Positions 16,716 through 26,583 of a DNA stretch of 42,709 bases are shown one piece after another (position 1 is the first letter of the stretch; every line of letters starts with the position of its first letter). The notes beneath the pieces are model-generated. The model worked only from the letters and a program-made list of their open reading frames with translations, ran no database searches and had not been told where the DNA came from. Both the position numbers and the translations under genes were made by a program. Source of the stretch: Eubacteriales bacterium (GTDB lineage: Bacteria > Bacillota > Clostridia > Oscillospirales > CAG-272); the NCBI GenBank assembly GCA_045649165.1, contig JAZRPI010000122.1:1-42709 (forward strand), in the 5' to 3' direction.

Positions 16716-18372
16716 TGAATCAGAAAAAAATGAATCCTGGAAAAAAATATTCGATGTATTGGCATCTAGAGAATCAGACGAAATAACGAAAGATTCTGCA
16801 ACAGAAATAATACTAGATGCAGGAGAGCTCCAAACAATTAGAGATACACTCTATGAAGAGGTGAAGTCCAATCTTGGAGAAGTCCAAAGTTTGGACGAAA
16901 TGAAACAATCACTAGTAATTGATACAAAAAAATTAGTAGATACATCGCTAACAAGAGCCAAAGAAGAATTAAAACTGATGAAAAATCAAGGCATTGTTCA
17001 AGATGGATATTACAATCCTATTAGTGGAATAGGAACTTCTATTGACCCAGGTATTCACACAAAATCATTTATTCCTGTTTCTATGTCACCATCAGAAGCA
17101 ACTAGTTATTATGCGAGCGGTGGCATTCCAACAAAAGTAATTAATAAAAAAAGTGGATGTTTGAACTTAGATGGTATTAAATTTGAAGGGAAAGATTGGA
17201 GTCCAGAAGAACTAACACAATTAGCCGATTATGCACAAGAATGTGGATTTACAGATGCAAAAGCACAAGCAGATGTGAATGCATTAATTTATGGTGGGGC
17301 TATTGTTTATCCAAAGTTTGAAAATGACAATCCAATTTTGACACAAAAAAATATTAATGAAATATTGGCCGCTCAAACAAAAGAAAAAGATTTTATTAAA
17401 TATTGGGTAAATGTTGACAGATGGAATTGTGTGTTTGTACCTGAAACAAATATCACACTCCAAGATTATATGTACGCCAAGTCGGTTTTTATTCCACTTG
17501 GTGGTGAACGAGTAAATACACAACGCTGCGCAATGGTTCGACCAAACAAGCAACCGTTCTGGTCTGCAATTACTCAAATGGGGTGGTCAACTTCTGACTT
17601 TGAAGGTTGGATAAAGGATTTTGAGAGCTACGCAATTATGAAGGCTTCTTTGCCAATTATGGCACAACAAATGAGTTTGATGTATCACTCCTTCCCTGCT
17701 GACGGATTAATAATTGAAAACGGTCCAAAGTATGCAGAGCAATTCTTTAAAAAGAATGAAGCAGAAATGAGAGATTGGTCTATGCTCAATCCTAAAGCAA
17801 TAAATAGTGTTGGAGAAATTAAAATCCTTGACCGTACATATTCAGGATTTAAGGATTTGATTCAAGAATCAAAAATAGCCTTTGCAGCAGGTTGTGGAAT
17901 CCCCGAAAGCGTTTTATTTGCAGAAAAGCCAAGCGGCCTTGCAAGTGATAACTCAAACGATGTTGAACTTAAACAAAGTGAAACAATCAGATTGTTATTT
18001 AATAACATAGCGCCAAGTTATAAAAACTGTATCGAATTACTAGTTTATTCCTGTTTTGGTAGAAATAGTGATCAAGCTAAAAAGGCTAAAAATGTGAGAA
18101 TTGCTCCAGACACAGGAATAATCGTATCAGACCAAGATAAAGCACAACTCGGTCAGGCATTTGCAGCAATTCAAGGACAATTAATAGGCACAGGTTGGCC
18201 GCTAAAAGAAGCCGTTACAATGGCTCAAAAGTTTGTACCTTCTGCAGAAATCGACGATAACATTATGGATACATTGACACAAGGTGAATCAGAAGGAATG
18301 GACGAAAACTTGTGGAATAAACTCAACAGAAATAACGGAAATGATGGAGGATTTGAAAATGGACAATTATGA
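16693..18372 (+). CDS. Portal protein
   Basis: 559 aa, immediately after TerL and before the MuF-like gene. Confidence 0.7.
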   Translation: MATFKSLSESEKNESWKKIFDVLASRESDEITKDSATEIILDAGELQTIRDTLYEEVKSNLGEVQSLDEMKQSLVIDTKKLVDTSLTRAKEELKLMKNQGIVQDGYYNPISGIGTSIDPGIHTKSFIPVSMSPSEATSYYASGGIPTKVINKKSGCLNLDGIKFEGKDWSPEELTQLADYAQECGFTDAKAQADVNALIYGGAIVYPKFENDNPILTQKNINEILAAQTKEKDFIKYWVNVDRWNCVFVPETNITLQDYMYAKSVFIPLGGERVNTQRCAMVRPNKQPFWSAITQMGWSTSDFEGWIKDFESYAIMKASLPIMAQQMSLMYHSFPADGLIIENGPKYAEQFFKKNEAEMRDWSMLNPKAINSVGEIKILDRTYSGFKDLIQESKIAFAAGCGIPESVLFAEKPSGLASDNSNDVELKQSETIRLLFNNIAPSYKNCIELLVYSCFGRNSDQAKKAKNVRIAPDTGIIVSDQDKAQLGQAFAAIQGQLIGTGWPLKEAVTMAQKFVPSAEIDDNIMDTLTQGESEGMDENLWNKLNRNNGNDGGFENGQL

Positions 18373-18562
18373 TATTTTCAGACGCGTAATGGAAAAAAAA
18401 CACGAAGTTATGAAATCTTGGGATGAAGTTGTATTTGAAGCTGAAATCCCTCTTAGAAGTTGGATGACAGGAATAATGACTTCTAATCCCACAGATGCAG
18501 AATTAAAAGCAATAGCACCTGTTCTAAATACAACATTTGAATGGCTCAAATATGGCAAATAA
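18359..18562 (+). CDS. Hypothetical small protein
   Basis: ATG at 18359 after GGAGGA. The longer ORF-track start lies inside the portal gene. Confidence 0.45.
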   Translation: MDNYDIFRRVMEKKHEVMKSWDEVVFEAEIPLRSWMTGIMTSNPTDAELKAIAPVLNTTFEWLKYGK

Positions 18563-19454
18563 ATACAGTGGTTATATTTACGGACCAAAGACTGTAGCGG
18601 GATTTAATCGTATGCAACGGTTAGGATTTCCTCGTCCGATTTTTTCTGTTGAAAATAAGATTAATACCCACCTTAAAAAAGCGTATCAAAACTCGATTAA
18701 AAAAATCCTAGATGATTTCTCTAGAATTGCACAATCTACGGGGCTGACACAAGATGCCGACATCAGTAATAAAACAGCGGACTTTTTTAACCAATTGGCA
18801 GAAAACAAAGATTTGAACCAAAGAACATACCTAGTTATGGCAATGAACAACTTGCAAAGAGAATGGGAACAAGCAAGCCAATCTTCTGACTATGACGAAT
18901 ATTCAGAAGAGTGGAAAAAAAAACTAGATAAAATCTTATTTGAAAATCAAAAGGATTTTTTAACCCGTCTTAACAAAGATGCATCGGAAAAGTTTCAAGC
19001 TAGAATAACAGACTTCTCTATTGATAAACAACAGCTTTTTAATCAACACATGAAAAGGATTAGAGAATTATATCTCGATAATTCATTAGAAAGAATTCAA
19101 GGAGAAGAAAACGAACTTAAAAGAGAATTTCTAAAAAAATTAAATGCTTACATTATCGGAGATACAGAAACACTTGATGTATTGGAAATAACAAAAGATT
19201 TGCTTAATGATTGTGCTAGAATGGCTCGTTTTTTTGCCCGTGACCAAATGGCAAGGTTTAATAAGGCTGTAACAATTGCAACCTATGAAGATGCAGGAGT
19301 TACCAAAGTAAAGTGGGTAACAGCGCAGGACGGGAGAGTAAGAAATTCTCATGCGGCTTTGAATGGCCAAGTGTTTAGTATAGATAATCTGCCGCCAGAA
19401 TTAAATGACTATAATTGTAGATGTGGTTTAATACCCGTTGAATATAGGGAGTAA
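18552..19454 (+). CDS. Head morphogenesis protein (Mu F / SPP1 gp7 family)
   Basis: VKWVTAQDGRVRNSHAALNGQVFSIDN ... YNCRCGLIP matches the Mu F core. Confidence 0.8.
   Translation: MANKYSGYIYGPKTVAGFNRMQRLGFPRPIFSVENKINTHLKKAYQNSIKKILDDFSRIAQSTGLTQDADISNKTADFFNQLAENKDLNQRTYLVMAMNNLQREWEQASQSSDYDEYSEEWKKKLDKILFENQKDFLTRLNKDASEKFQARITDFSIDKQQLFNQHMKRIRELYLDNSLERIQGEENELKREFLKKLNAYIIGDTETLDVLEITKDLLNDCARMARFFARDQMARFNKAVTIATYEDAGVTKVKWVTAQDGRVRNSHAALNGQVFSIDNLPPELNDYNCRCGLIPVEYRE
19404..19413 (+). promoter_or_regulatory. A-tract+GACTATA motif copy inside the 3' end of the MuF-like gene
   Basis: aaatGACTATAAT, 50 nt upstream of ATG 19464. Confidence 0.35.
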
Positions 19455-19463
19455 AAAAAAATA

Positions 19464-20042
19464 ATGATTCAAGAAATATTAAACATTCCTGCTGTGTGGG
19501 GAATAATTTATATGGTGGTTACTGCCGCTGTTGTTTTTTTGTTTTGGATATTCAAGACAAAAAATGTGAAGTTCAAAGATGTAGAAATCATTGAAAAGAC
19601 ACAAAAAGAGCTTTATAGAACCGAAGGTAAAAATACACTCGACAATCAATGTTGTAACGCTCACAACTTAATTAAAACGATTTGGATTGATTTGTTTGAA
19701 ACAGGAAAAACAATTTTTAATATAACAGATACAAGGGATTTATTTCTACTTGAAGATATAACACATTTGATTGAATCCAAATTAAACTATGAAGTAAAAA
19801 ACGATTTGACAAAAAATCACATCACGGAGAAATCAGACTACGAACTTGCAATGTATTCAGAAGCGAAGGCACACGGATACTACAACAGCGTAAAAGCAAG
19901 TCTTTATTATTACAATAGCCAATTACCCGAATATAACCTTCCAGACATTATGGAAAATATCACAGTTGAAGATTTTATAAAAACTTTTAAGGCAATCTAT
20001 TTTGGTGCTTGTAAAATTGCAGGAGGAAAACAGAATGGTTAA
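19464..20042 (+). CDS. Membrane-anchored protein of unknown function
   Basis: N-terminal TM helix IPAVWGIIYMVVTAAVVFLFWIF. First gene of the block inserted between the MuF-like and protease genes. Confidence 0.6.
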   Translation: MIQEILNIPAVWGIIYMVVTAAVVFLFWIFKTKNVKFKDVEIIEKTQKELYRTEGKNTLDNQCCNAHNLIKTIWIDLFETGKTIFNITDTRDLFLLEDITHLIESKLNYEVKNDLTKNHITEKSDYELAMYSEAKAHGYYNSVKASLYYYNSQLPEYNLPDIMENITVEDFIKTFKAIYFGACKIAGGKQNG

Positions 20043-20463
20043 TCCACAAACACAAGCAGAAAAATTGACAAAGATAAATCCTAAAAGACTTCAAGCAATT
20101 GCAGAATATGGGTGTTGTGCATTTGTATTGCTTTGGTGCTTGGGGATAGAACCTGACGACATCAAGGCAATTGTAACACTCGACAATATGATGGACGCAA
20201 AAGCACTAGATAAGGAATGTCTTGTCTATTGGGATAAGGCAGTATCGTATTTGACAGGACGCAGATGCAATGTAATTAAAGAAAATATTACTACGATAAA
20301 AAACATAAAAGAAAGAACACCTGTCAGATATGAATATAACGAACTATCGCATTGGGTGGGTGTTGAAGATGGAGAAATTAAATTCAATTCACTCAAAAGA
20401 AGTCAATGCGTGGAATTTGGAGAACCAAAAGAAATGCGAATATTAAAGATAAGCGGAGTGTAA
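20035..20463 (+). CDS. Putative endolysin (Cys/His peptidase-like)
   Basis: AEYGCCAFVLLW ... SHWVGV suggests a papain-like Cys...His pair. Sits directly upstream of the holin and spanins. AGGAGG RBS. Confidence 0.35.
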   Translation: MVNPQTQAEKLTKINPKRLQAIAEYGCCAFVLLWCLGIEPDDIKAIVTLDNMMDAKALDKECLVYWDKAVSYLTGRRCNVIKENITTIKNIKERTPVRYEYNELSHWVGVEDGEIKFNSLKRSQCVEFGEPKEMRILKISGV

Positions 20464-20464
20464 T

Positions 20465-20698
20465 ATGGCAGAAGTGACAGACAAAGAATACAACAAATGG
20501 AAAAGCAGAAGATGGCTTATTACATTGTGGGCAATGCTTATGGTGACATTCATTGTTGTTTTTTCAATGATTAGAAATACAAGCGATTGGGTAACTCTTG
20601 CTACAACATTAGTTGCTGTTCCTGTTGCTTTTACATCGCTTGAAACCTTGAATAAAAGGCACATTAAAAAGCAAGAGTTTGAAGGAGATAATGAATGA
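20465..20698 (+). CDS. Holin (two TM helices, charged C-terminus)
   Basis: 77 aa. TM helices WLITLWAMLMVTFIVVFSMI and VTLATTLVAVPVAF, with tail KRHIKKQEFEGDNE. Confidence 0.6.
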   Translation: MAEVTDKEYNKWKSRRWLITLWAMLMVTFIVVFSMIRNTSDWVTLATTLVAVPVAFTSLETLNKRHIKKQEFEGDNE

Positions 20699-20997
20699 AA
20701 GCATATTTAATAATGGGATTGATAATCCTTGTTTTATTTGTGTTAGTAATAATTTTTATAAAATGTTTAATAAGTTCTTCAGAGAAAAACAAAGAACTTA
20801 AAAAACAACTTCAAGCAAGGAATGAGAATATAAAACAATTACTGATACATTCTGAACAACTTGTAACAATAAATCAGAAAAAGACAGATGTTTATAAACA
20901 ATTAGCGGAGGCGAAATCAGATGAAGAGATTAATAAAATTATTGCTAATCTTATTAGTTCTAATAACAATAAGTTGCAAAAGCACACCACAAAATAA
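20695..20997 (+). CDS. i-spanin (N-terminal TM helix plus coiled coil)
   Basis: YLIMGLIILVLFVLVIIFI followed by charged coiled-coil sequence. Confidence 0.6.
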   Translation: MKAYLIMGLIILVLFVLVIIFIKCLISSSEKNKELKKQLQARNENIKQLLIHSEQLVTINQKKTDVYKQLAEAKSDEEINKIIANLISSNNNKLQKHTTK

Positions 20998-21145
20998 AGT
21001 AGAACTGCCACCAGAACCACAAAGGCAAATACAAGAAAATCCCGAAACCATACAAGAGTATGCGTTTTTTGTGGCTTACTTAGAATTCTTAATACAAGAA
21101 TGGGAAGCATGGGGAGAGACAGCAAAACAGGCAATAAAGGAGTAG
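20921..21145 (+). CDS. o-spanin lipoprotein, overlapping the i-spanin gene in another frame
   Basis: MKRLIKLLLILLVLITISCKS signal with lipobox Cys. Pro-rich mature part. Starts inside 20695..20997. Confidence 0.6.
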   Translation: MKRLIKLLLILLVLITISCKSTPQNKVELPPEPQRQIQENPETIQEYAFFVAYLEFLIQEWEAWGETAKQAIKE

Positions 21146-21161
21146 CCTTCCTTAAAAGGTA

Positions 21162-21197
21162 GAGCAAGGTACGCTTCCAGCCTTGCTCGTTTTTTTT
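21162..21197 (+). terminator. Rho-independent terminator
   Basis: gagcaagg / ccttgctc stem plus gtttttttt. Confidence 0.75.
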
Positions 21198-21224
21198 GAG
21201 TTATTCGGAAAAACAGAACAACTC

Positions 21225-21235
21225 AAAAGACTATA
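21225..21235 (+). promoter_or_regulatory. A-tract+GACTATA motif, copy (5 nt from the ATG)
   Basis: caaaaGACTATAaaggtATG. Confidence 0.55.
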
Positions 21236-21240
21236 AAGGT

Positions 21241-22431
21241 ATGGCAGAATTAAAGAATATCAGAATAGCAGTAAGTGGAATTTATGATTATGCATTGGAA
21301 GAGATTCCAAGTTTAAGACTACCAATGCCAGGACACGGTGCTCCTGATTGGGTTGAAGAAAAGAGAATTTATAAAGTTTATAGACCCGCTGAAACATTAA
21401 GAAGAGCTTGCGACAAGTTCAAAATGTTACCTTTGACACATTATCATCCACAATCACCTGTGAACGAGCAAAACTTTAGAGACTTAACTATCGGATACAC
21501 AGGGGAAAATCCATTTATTGATTACATCAAAGATAAAGATGAAGTAGGAATCCGTAGTAATGTTATGCTTTGTGATCAAGAAGCAATGGATTCATACAAC
21601 CGTGGCGAAACACAACTATCACCAGGATATGTTGCAGAGTTTGAATGGAAAAAAGGAACAGACCCACACGGGAACGAATATGACATTGTTATGAAAGAAA
21701 TAACAGATGTGAATCACCTTGCGTTATTACCTGCAGGCCGTGGTGGTAGTTATGCGGTTGTTTTAGATGAAGCACCAAAAAGAAAAACAATTTTTGACCT
21801 TGTAAATACAAAAGACGGTGCACCGATAGGAAACGATAACGCAAGTAAAGACCATAAAAAAGAAAATTCGGAAGGCTTGAGTGATAAAGAAAAAACTCAT
21901 CTTACAAAATTATTAAAAGAAAACGCTGTAGAATTTCCAATTGTAGAATTTTCAGAAGAGAATTATAAGAAATACTTGGGAACACCAATTGATACTCCAT
22001 TAGGGAAAGTGAAACTCGGTGAAAATCAATTTGAAAAATTAAAAGCAAAAAATAGGCAAAATCTAATAGGGGCAATACGGGAAACACTAAGCAAACCTTG
22101 TTTTATAGCAGAGGAAAAAAACGGAACAACTCTATATGTGAAATCTTTTACAAAAGATAACGAACAGAAAAATATTATGTCTGTTGTTATAAAAAGGGAT
22201 GGTTTAAATATTTCTATAAGTACTCATGAAGAACGAGAAAGTCAGATTTTAGCAAAAATAAAAAAAGCTGGCGTTCTCAAGGAGACAGCCAGCGACGACG
22301 GCACTGTACACGATAAATGTGTAGCCGATACAACTCGCGTTGTTTCTTTGATAATAACAGAAGATACCCAAAAAGTCAAAACAATTTTTGAACGCGTACA
22401 AGGAACGGTGTTTGACCGTTACAGAAAATAA
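21241..22431 (+). CDS. DUF2213-like prohead protease/scaffold protein with a roughly 190-aa C-terminal extension
   Basis: YKVYRPAETL..., LPLTHYHP, QLSPGYVAEF, DVNHLALLPAGRGG match the DUF2213 pattern. ATG at 21241 preferred over the track start at 21196. Confidence 0.65.
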   Translation: MAELKNIRIAVSGIYDYALEEIPSLRLPMPGHGAPDWVEEKRIYKVYRPAETLRRACDKFKMLPLTHYHPQSPVNEQNFRDLTIGYTGENPFIDYIKDKDEVGIRSNVMLCDQEAMDSYNRGETQLSPGYVAEFEWKKGTDPHGNEYDIVMKEITDVNHLALLPAGRGGSYAVVLDEAPKRKTIFDLVNTKDGAPIGNDNASKDHKKENSEGLSDKEKTHLTKLLKENAVEFPIVEFSEENYKKYLGTPIDTPLGKVKLGENQFEKLKAKNRQNLIGAIRETLSKPCFIAEEKNGTTLYVKSFTKDNEQKNIMSVVIKRDGLNISISTHEERESQILAKIKKAGVLKETASDDGTVHDKCVADTTRVVSLIITEDTQKVKTIFERVQGTVFDRYRK

Positions 22432-22442
22432 AAAAGACTATA
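22431..22442 (+). promoter_or_regulatory. A-tract+GACTATA motif copy
   Basis: aaaaaGACTATA right after the previous stop codon. ATG at 22462 with an AGGAG RBS downstream. Confidence 0.45.
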
Positions 22443-22461
22443 GATGTATAGGAGATATAGC

Positions 22462-23202
22462 ATGAAGTTACTAACAGGTTTATTCAGAGCTGCTCGCCGA
22501 AGATTACAAACAAAAGATACAGACCTTGGAGAATTCAGAGTAAAAATCGAAGAATTAATCAAATCCAAGGATTCTATGTCTGATGATGAAATTGTAACAA
22601 AGGTTGAAGAGCTTAAAACAATGACAGAAGACCTTCCTGAATCAGACGAAAAATCACAGTTAGTGCGATTCTTAGAAGACTTCAAAGAAGTCAAAAATCA
22701 AGATGAAGCAACTGCAAAAGAAGCAGGAAAGGCTGTAGCTGATATGTTCGAAAAACTCGATACAGAAGCTATGAAAGATTATCCAGAAACAACAGAAACA
22801 ACAGAAACAACAGAAGAAGTTGAAGAAGTTGTGGAAGAAACAGAAGACCCTGAATCTACTGACACAGCAGAAGAAGTTGAAAAAGTAGAAGAAGAGGAAG
22901 AAACAGAAGAAGTTGAAGATGACGACCCAAATAGTGAATACACAATGGAAGAAATCTATCAGTTCTTTAAAAAACGCGCTGCCGAAGATGAAGAATTTAT
23001 TTCTTTTATTAAAGAAAGAATGGCAGAAGATGACGGGGAAAAAGTGGAAACTTTAGGTGAATATGCAAAAGAAAACATCAAAGAAGATGTTGAAAATATC
23101 ACACAAACTAAAGACCACGCTCCACAAATTAAAATTAATTTAGGAAATACAAATAAAGGCGGAATCGCAAGTTTGTATAACCAAATGAAAGGAGGGAGAT
23201 AG
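22462..23202 (+). CDS. Acidic scaffolding-like protein
   Basis: Glu/Asp/Thr-rich, predicted helical, between the protease and capsid genes. Confidence 0.5.
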   Translation: MKLLTGLFRAARRRLQTKDTDLGEFRVKIEELIKSKDSMSDDEIVTKVEELKTMTEDLPESDEKSQLVRFLEDFKEVKNQDEATAKEAGKAVADMFEKLDTEAMKDYPETTETTETTEEVEEVVEETEDPESTDTAEEVEKVEEEEETEEVEDDDPNSEYTMEEIYQFFKKRAAEDEEFISFIKERMAEDDGEKVETLGEYAKENIKEDVENITQTKDHAPQIKINLGNTNKGGIASLYNQMKGGR

Positions 23203-23714
23203 TGGATAGTAATATGAATCTTTCTATCGGTTTCAAAGGTCAGATAACAATTGCTGCACAAGCAGTGCCAATGCAAGAAGGTTATCTTAAATTAGGAGGA
23301 TGGGTAGACGAAAGTCAAACATCAGGCTTGAAGTTTGGAGTTGTAGTATCTGCAGACCCAGATACACCAAATAACTTTGTAGCAGGACTAGCTAGTGGGA
23401 ATGTATTCCGCGGTATTTGTATCTTTGATGATGCAATTGCAGCAAATAGCCCTGCTCACCCTACTTCTTATTTAATCGGTATGCCTTGCGCTGCACTTGC
23501 ACAAGGATTCTGCTTTGTAAATGGTTGGGGAAAAACAGTTACAGGAGCAATTGACCCAGTTATTGGCTGTAAAGCAATCTTTAATACTTCAACAGGAGCA
23601 ATAGAATTCGTTGCAGGTTCAACAGAAAGTGCTCCAGAAGGATTTGCATTCATACCTGGATGTACAATAAAAGATATTGATGAAGACAACGGTGCTTTAT
23701 TGTATCTAGCATAG
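23202..23714 (+). CDS. Head structural or decoration protein (putative)
   Basis: 170 aa, directly upstream of the major capsid gene. GTG start after GGAGGGA. Confidence 0.35.
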   Translation: MDSNMNLSIGFKGQITIAAQAVPMQEGYLKLGGWVDESQTSGLKFGVVVSADPDTPNNFVAGLASGNVFRGICIFDDAIAANSPAHPTSYLIGMPCAALAQGFCFVNGWGKTVTGAIDPVIGCKAIFNTSTGAIEFVAGSTESAPEGFAFIPGCTIKDIDEDNGALLYLA

Positions 23715-23726
23715 GAGAGATAGAAT

Positions 23727-25073
23727 ATGATTATTAAAACACATTCTAATTTTAAGAAATTAGGTCGTGTTGTTAATTCAATGCTTGCAAGCAACCCTAA
23801 AGCTGCGGCAGCATTGGAAGATGCAACACTTGAAATCGGACCAGCAAACGACAGAGCATACGGAATCCCAGCTTCTGCAGTAGCACACCCTTTATATGTA
23901 GGCGATAGTGCAATGCTTGGTGAATTAAAAGAGTGTACTCCTGCAATGGAAGCATTATTCAAAAAGAATGAAGCAAACATTGAAATGCATCCACTTTATA
24001 ACACTATGACACATAAATATGACATGGTGGTTAAAAAATCAACATTTGTTGGAGACTCTGGGGAATACCTTGCAGGACAGGCTATCTCACCTTGGAATGC
24101 TTCTTATTTCTCAAAAATCTTTAAACAGCCATTGTTGTACAGCCACGCTCGTGACATGGTAAAACGCGATGCAGGAACAAACCCTTGGGGTGAAGTAATG
24201 AACTTACAGACAGCTGCATACAGTGGATGGGCTCAACTTGGTGGAGCTGGTACAGTTGCAGCTAACTTAAAGAAAAATATTAATGTACAGGCAGGATTAA
24301 TGACTGCTCAAATCATTAATATTAAAGTTTACTTCAACTACACCACAGAAGAAATGCAAAGAGCAACAGGTGGAAATGGTTCACCATTTGCAGGTCAATT
24401 AATGGCTGAAAAACCAAAATATGCACAGTATGTACTCGATATGATTACAGACTATTTGACATATTATGGTAATGATGAAACAAACACTATCGGTCTGTTT
24501 GATGTAAACGGTGAAACAACATGGGCAGAAGACACACTTGCAGAAATCTCTGCAGATACAAGCAACACAACACAAGGTAGTACAATGTATAAAGCATTGG
24601 CTTCTGCTGTTCGTAAGTTTATGGACGATGCATATAACAAGTTTGATATCGTACGCGTTGCAATGGCTCCAGCTGCATATAACTTGTTGACATCAACACC
24701 ATACTCTGACAATTACGAAGCAAAAGCTCCACTTGCAATCTTCAAAGAAAACTTTGAAGCAGGTATGACAAAAGATGGTGGAAAAGTAAAAATCGAATTC
24801 TACTCTGACCCATTACTTGCTGCAAATACAGTCTTCAATGATGATGGTTTAGACCGTTTAGTTATTACTGCTCCAGAAATTGGTGCAGGACCAAACGACG
24901 ATAAACAGGACTTGGTACTTCTTGGAATTCCACTAGAAAACTTTGCATATCCTGTATATCCAAATAGTTATGACCAACAGCACTGTGTTCTACGCAGATT
25001 TGCTGGTGTATTTGCTCCTGTGTCACAGGCAGTCAAAGTTTATGCAGGTTTTGGTGTAGCACCAAGTGCATAG
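23727..25073 (+). CDS. Major capsid protein (putative)
   Basis: 448 aa, the largest head-module ORF after the scaffold. Followed by two hairpins. Confidence 0.6.
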   Translation: MIIKTHSNFKKLGRVVNSMLASNPKAAAALEDATLEIGPANDRAYGIPASAVAHPLYVGDSAMLGELKECTPAMEALFKKNEANIEMHPLYNTMTHKYDMVVKKSTFVGDSGEYLAGQAISPWNASYFSKIFKQPLLYSHARDMVKRDAGTNPWGEVMNLQTAAYSGWAQLGGAGTVAANLKKNINVQAGLMTAQIINIKVYFNYTTEEMQRATGGNGSPFAGQLMAEKPKYAQYVLDMITDYLTYYGNDETNTIGLFDVNGETTWAEDTLAEISADTSNTTQGSTMYKALASAVRKFMDDAYNKFDIVRVAMAPAAYNLLTSTPYSDNYEAKAPLAIFKENFEAGMTKDGGKVKIEFYSDPLLAANTVFNDDGLDRLVITAPEIGAGPNDDKQDLVLLGIPLENFAYPVYPNSYDQQHCVLRRFAGVFAPVSQAVKVYAGFGVAPSA

Positions 25074-25079
25074 TTTATA

Positions 25080-25135
25080 GGACTGTCAAAAGGCAGTCCG
25101 TAATAACTTAGGGGATAAAATCTCCTAAGTTATCT
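25080..25135 (+). terminator. Two hairpins after the capsid gene (possible partial terminator)
   Basis: ggactgtc-aaaa-ggcagtcc, then aacttagggg...ctcctaagtt (9 of 10 bp) followed by a T-rich tract. Confidence 0.4.
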
Positions 25136-25159
25136 TATTTCATAAGAAAAGGAAGCAAC

Positions 25160-25687
25160 ATGAAATATATTCAATCATTCCATCAGTATCCTGTAACATT
25201 CAGTACAGTAGATATCACAATCCCAGCAAAAAATGCACAGGGAGAGTCTAGAAACATTTGCGAAGTTTCAGAAGAAAAACTAGAAAAATTGCAAAATGGT
25301 GAGCCATTGTTCAGAGCTTTAGTAAACAAAAAACGCTATCGTATTTTGAACAAAATGCCTGAAAGTTACAAACCAGCTGCAAGACAGATTAATGAAGCAC
25401 TTGCAGAAGCTGAAAAAGTAAAAAAAGAACTTGAAGCTGCAAAAGCTGAACTTGCACAGTTGAAAGGTACAACAGAAAATGTTGAACCAACAGTGACAGC
25501 TGAACCAACTGTAACAGCTGAACCAACAAATACAGAACCAACAGTGACTGAAAAAAAAGCAATTGAAGATATGACATATCCAGAATTGCAAGCAGCAGTA
25601 AAAGCTCTTGGTGGAAGTGCATCAGGCAAAAAAGAGGAATTAATCAAATTCTTAAAAGAAAAAGAAACTGAAAGCACAGCTAAATAA
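25160..25687 (+). CDS. Hypothetical protein with EPTVTA repeats and a C-terminal SAP/HeH-like motif
   Basis: VEPTVTAEPTVTAEPTNTEPTVTE. C-terminus is MTYPELQAAVKALGGSASGKKEELIKFL. Confidence 0.55.
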   Translation: MKYIQSFHQYPVTFSTVDITIPAKNAQGESRNICEVSEEKLEKLQNGEPLFRALVNKKRYRILNKMPESYKPAARQINEALAEAEKVKKELEAAKAELAQLKGTTENVEPTVTAEPTVTAEPTNTEPTVTEKKAIEDMTYPELQAAVKALGGSASGKKEELIKFLKEKETESTAK

Positions 25688-25700
25688 AAAAGGAGAAATA

Positions 25701-26090
25701 ATGACACGCATAGATTTTGTATATAGTTCAAACTTTCCAACTCTTACAGATGACCAAATTAATATGGCATATACAGAAATATGCGTGATTTTTTCAGGCG
25801 TTAAGGATTTATGGGGTGTTTTGGACGCGGAAACAAGAGATGCAAAAAGAACACTTTTATTAAATTTATTAACTGCTTGGTATTTAGCAGACACCAATCC
25901 AACAGCAGTAGAGGGAGTCGTTTCTAATGGTGGAATGGCTCTTACATCAAAAAGCATAGGTGGAACTTCTGTATCATTTGACGGTCTAGAAGCACAAGAA
26001 GGTGTTAAACAACTTAATACTAATGTGTTCGGACAAAAAGCCCTAATGATGATACAAAGTGCTCCTGAAAGGTTTGGTGTGTATGGCTAG
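25701..26090 (+). CDS. Head-tail connector or adaptor (putative)
   Basis: 129 aa. Called from position after the capsid module. Confidence 0.35.
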   Translation: MTRIDFVYSSNFPTLTDDQINMAYTEICVIFSGVKDLWGVLDAETRDAKRTLLLNLLTAWYLADTNPTAVEGVVSNGGMALTSKSIGGTSVSFDGLEAQEGVKQLNTNVFGQKALMMIQSAPERFGVYG

Positions 26091-26583
26091 TTTTGATATT
26101 AATGCAAGGGTTAGAAATTCGGTAGATTCAAAAAAAATCCAAGATGTAGTACAGAGAATGAAAACTAGAATCTTGGTCGGATATCCGAGTGGAAGAATCC
26201 ATGTAGAAGATGCTCGTCTTGAAAAAGGCAATTCAGAGCAGATAGAAACATCAGAACTTGCTAAACAGCTTTTTTATGGAACAGCGACAATTCCTGCTCG
26301 TCCATTCTTGGAAGATGCAATCAGAGAAAATAAAGACGAAATTGCAGAAACGCTTAAAAGTGAAGCACAAAAAGAATTCAACGGTGGACAGGCCAATTGG
26401 ATCAAAGTTGGAACAATGGTTGTGGGAAAGGTTCAGGAATTAGTAAGAAGTGATTATTACAAAAATAGTATTCCTAACAGTCCGAAAACAATCGCACAAA
26501 AAGGAAGTGATAAACCACTTATAGATACGGCTGATTTAATCAATTCAACAACATTTATAGTGGATAAAGGAGGTAAAGAATAA
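26083..26583 (+). CDS. HK97 gp10-like head-tail joining protein
   Basis: QLFYGTATIPARPFLEDAI matches the gp10-family core. Confidence 0.5.
   Translation: MASFDINARVRNSVDSKKIQDVVQRMKTRILVGYPSGRIHVEDARLEKGNSEQIETSELAKQLFYGTATIPARPFLEDAIRENKDEIAETLKSEAQKEFNGGQANWIKVGTMVVGKVQELVRSDYYKNSIPNSPKTIAQKGSDKPLIDTADLINSTTFIVDKGGKE

Noticed and set aside
23468-25740. Long antisense ORFs (23468..23980, 25366..25740, and similar ones at 3275..3745, 30170..30652, 38845..39315)
   Set aside because: They lie fully within well-supported + strand genes or repeat arrays. They lack RBSs and have low-complexity or repeat-derived translations.
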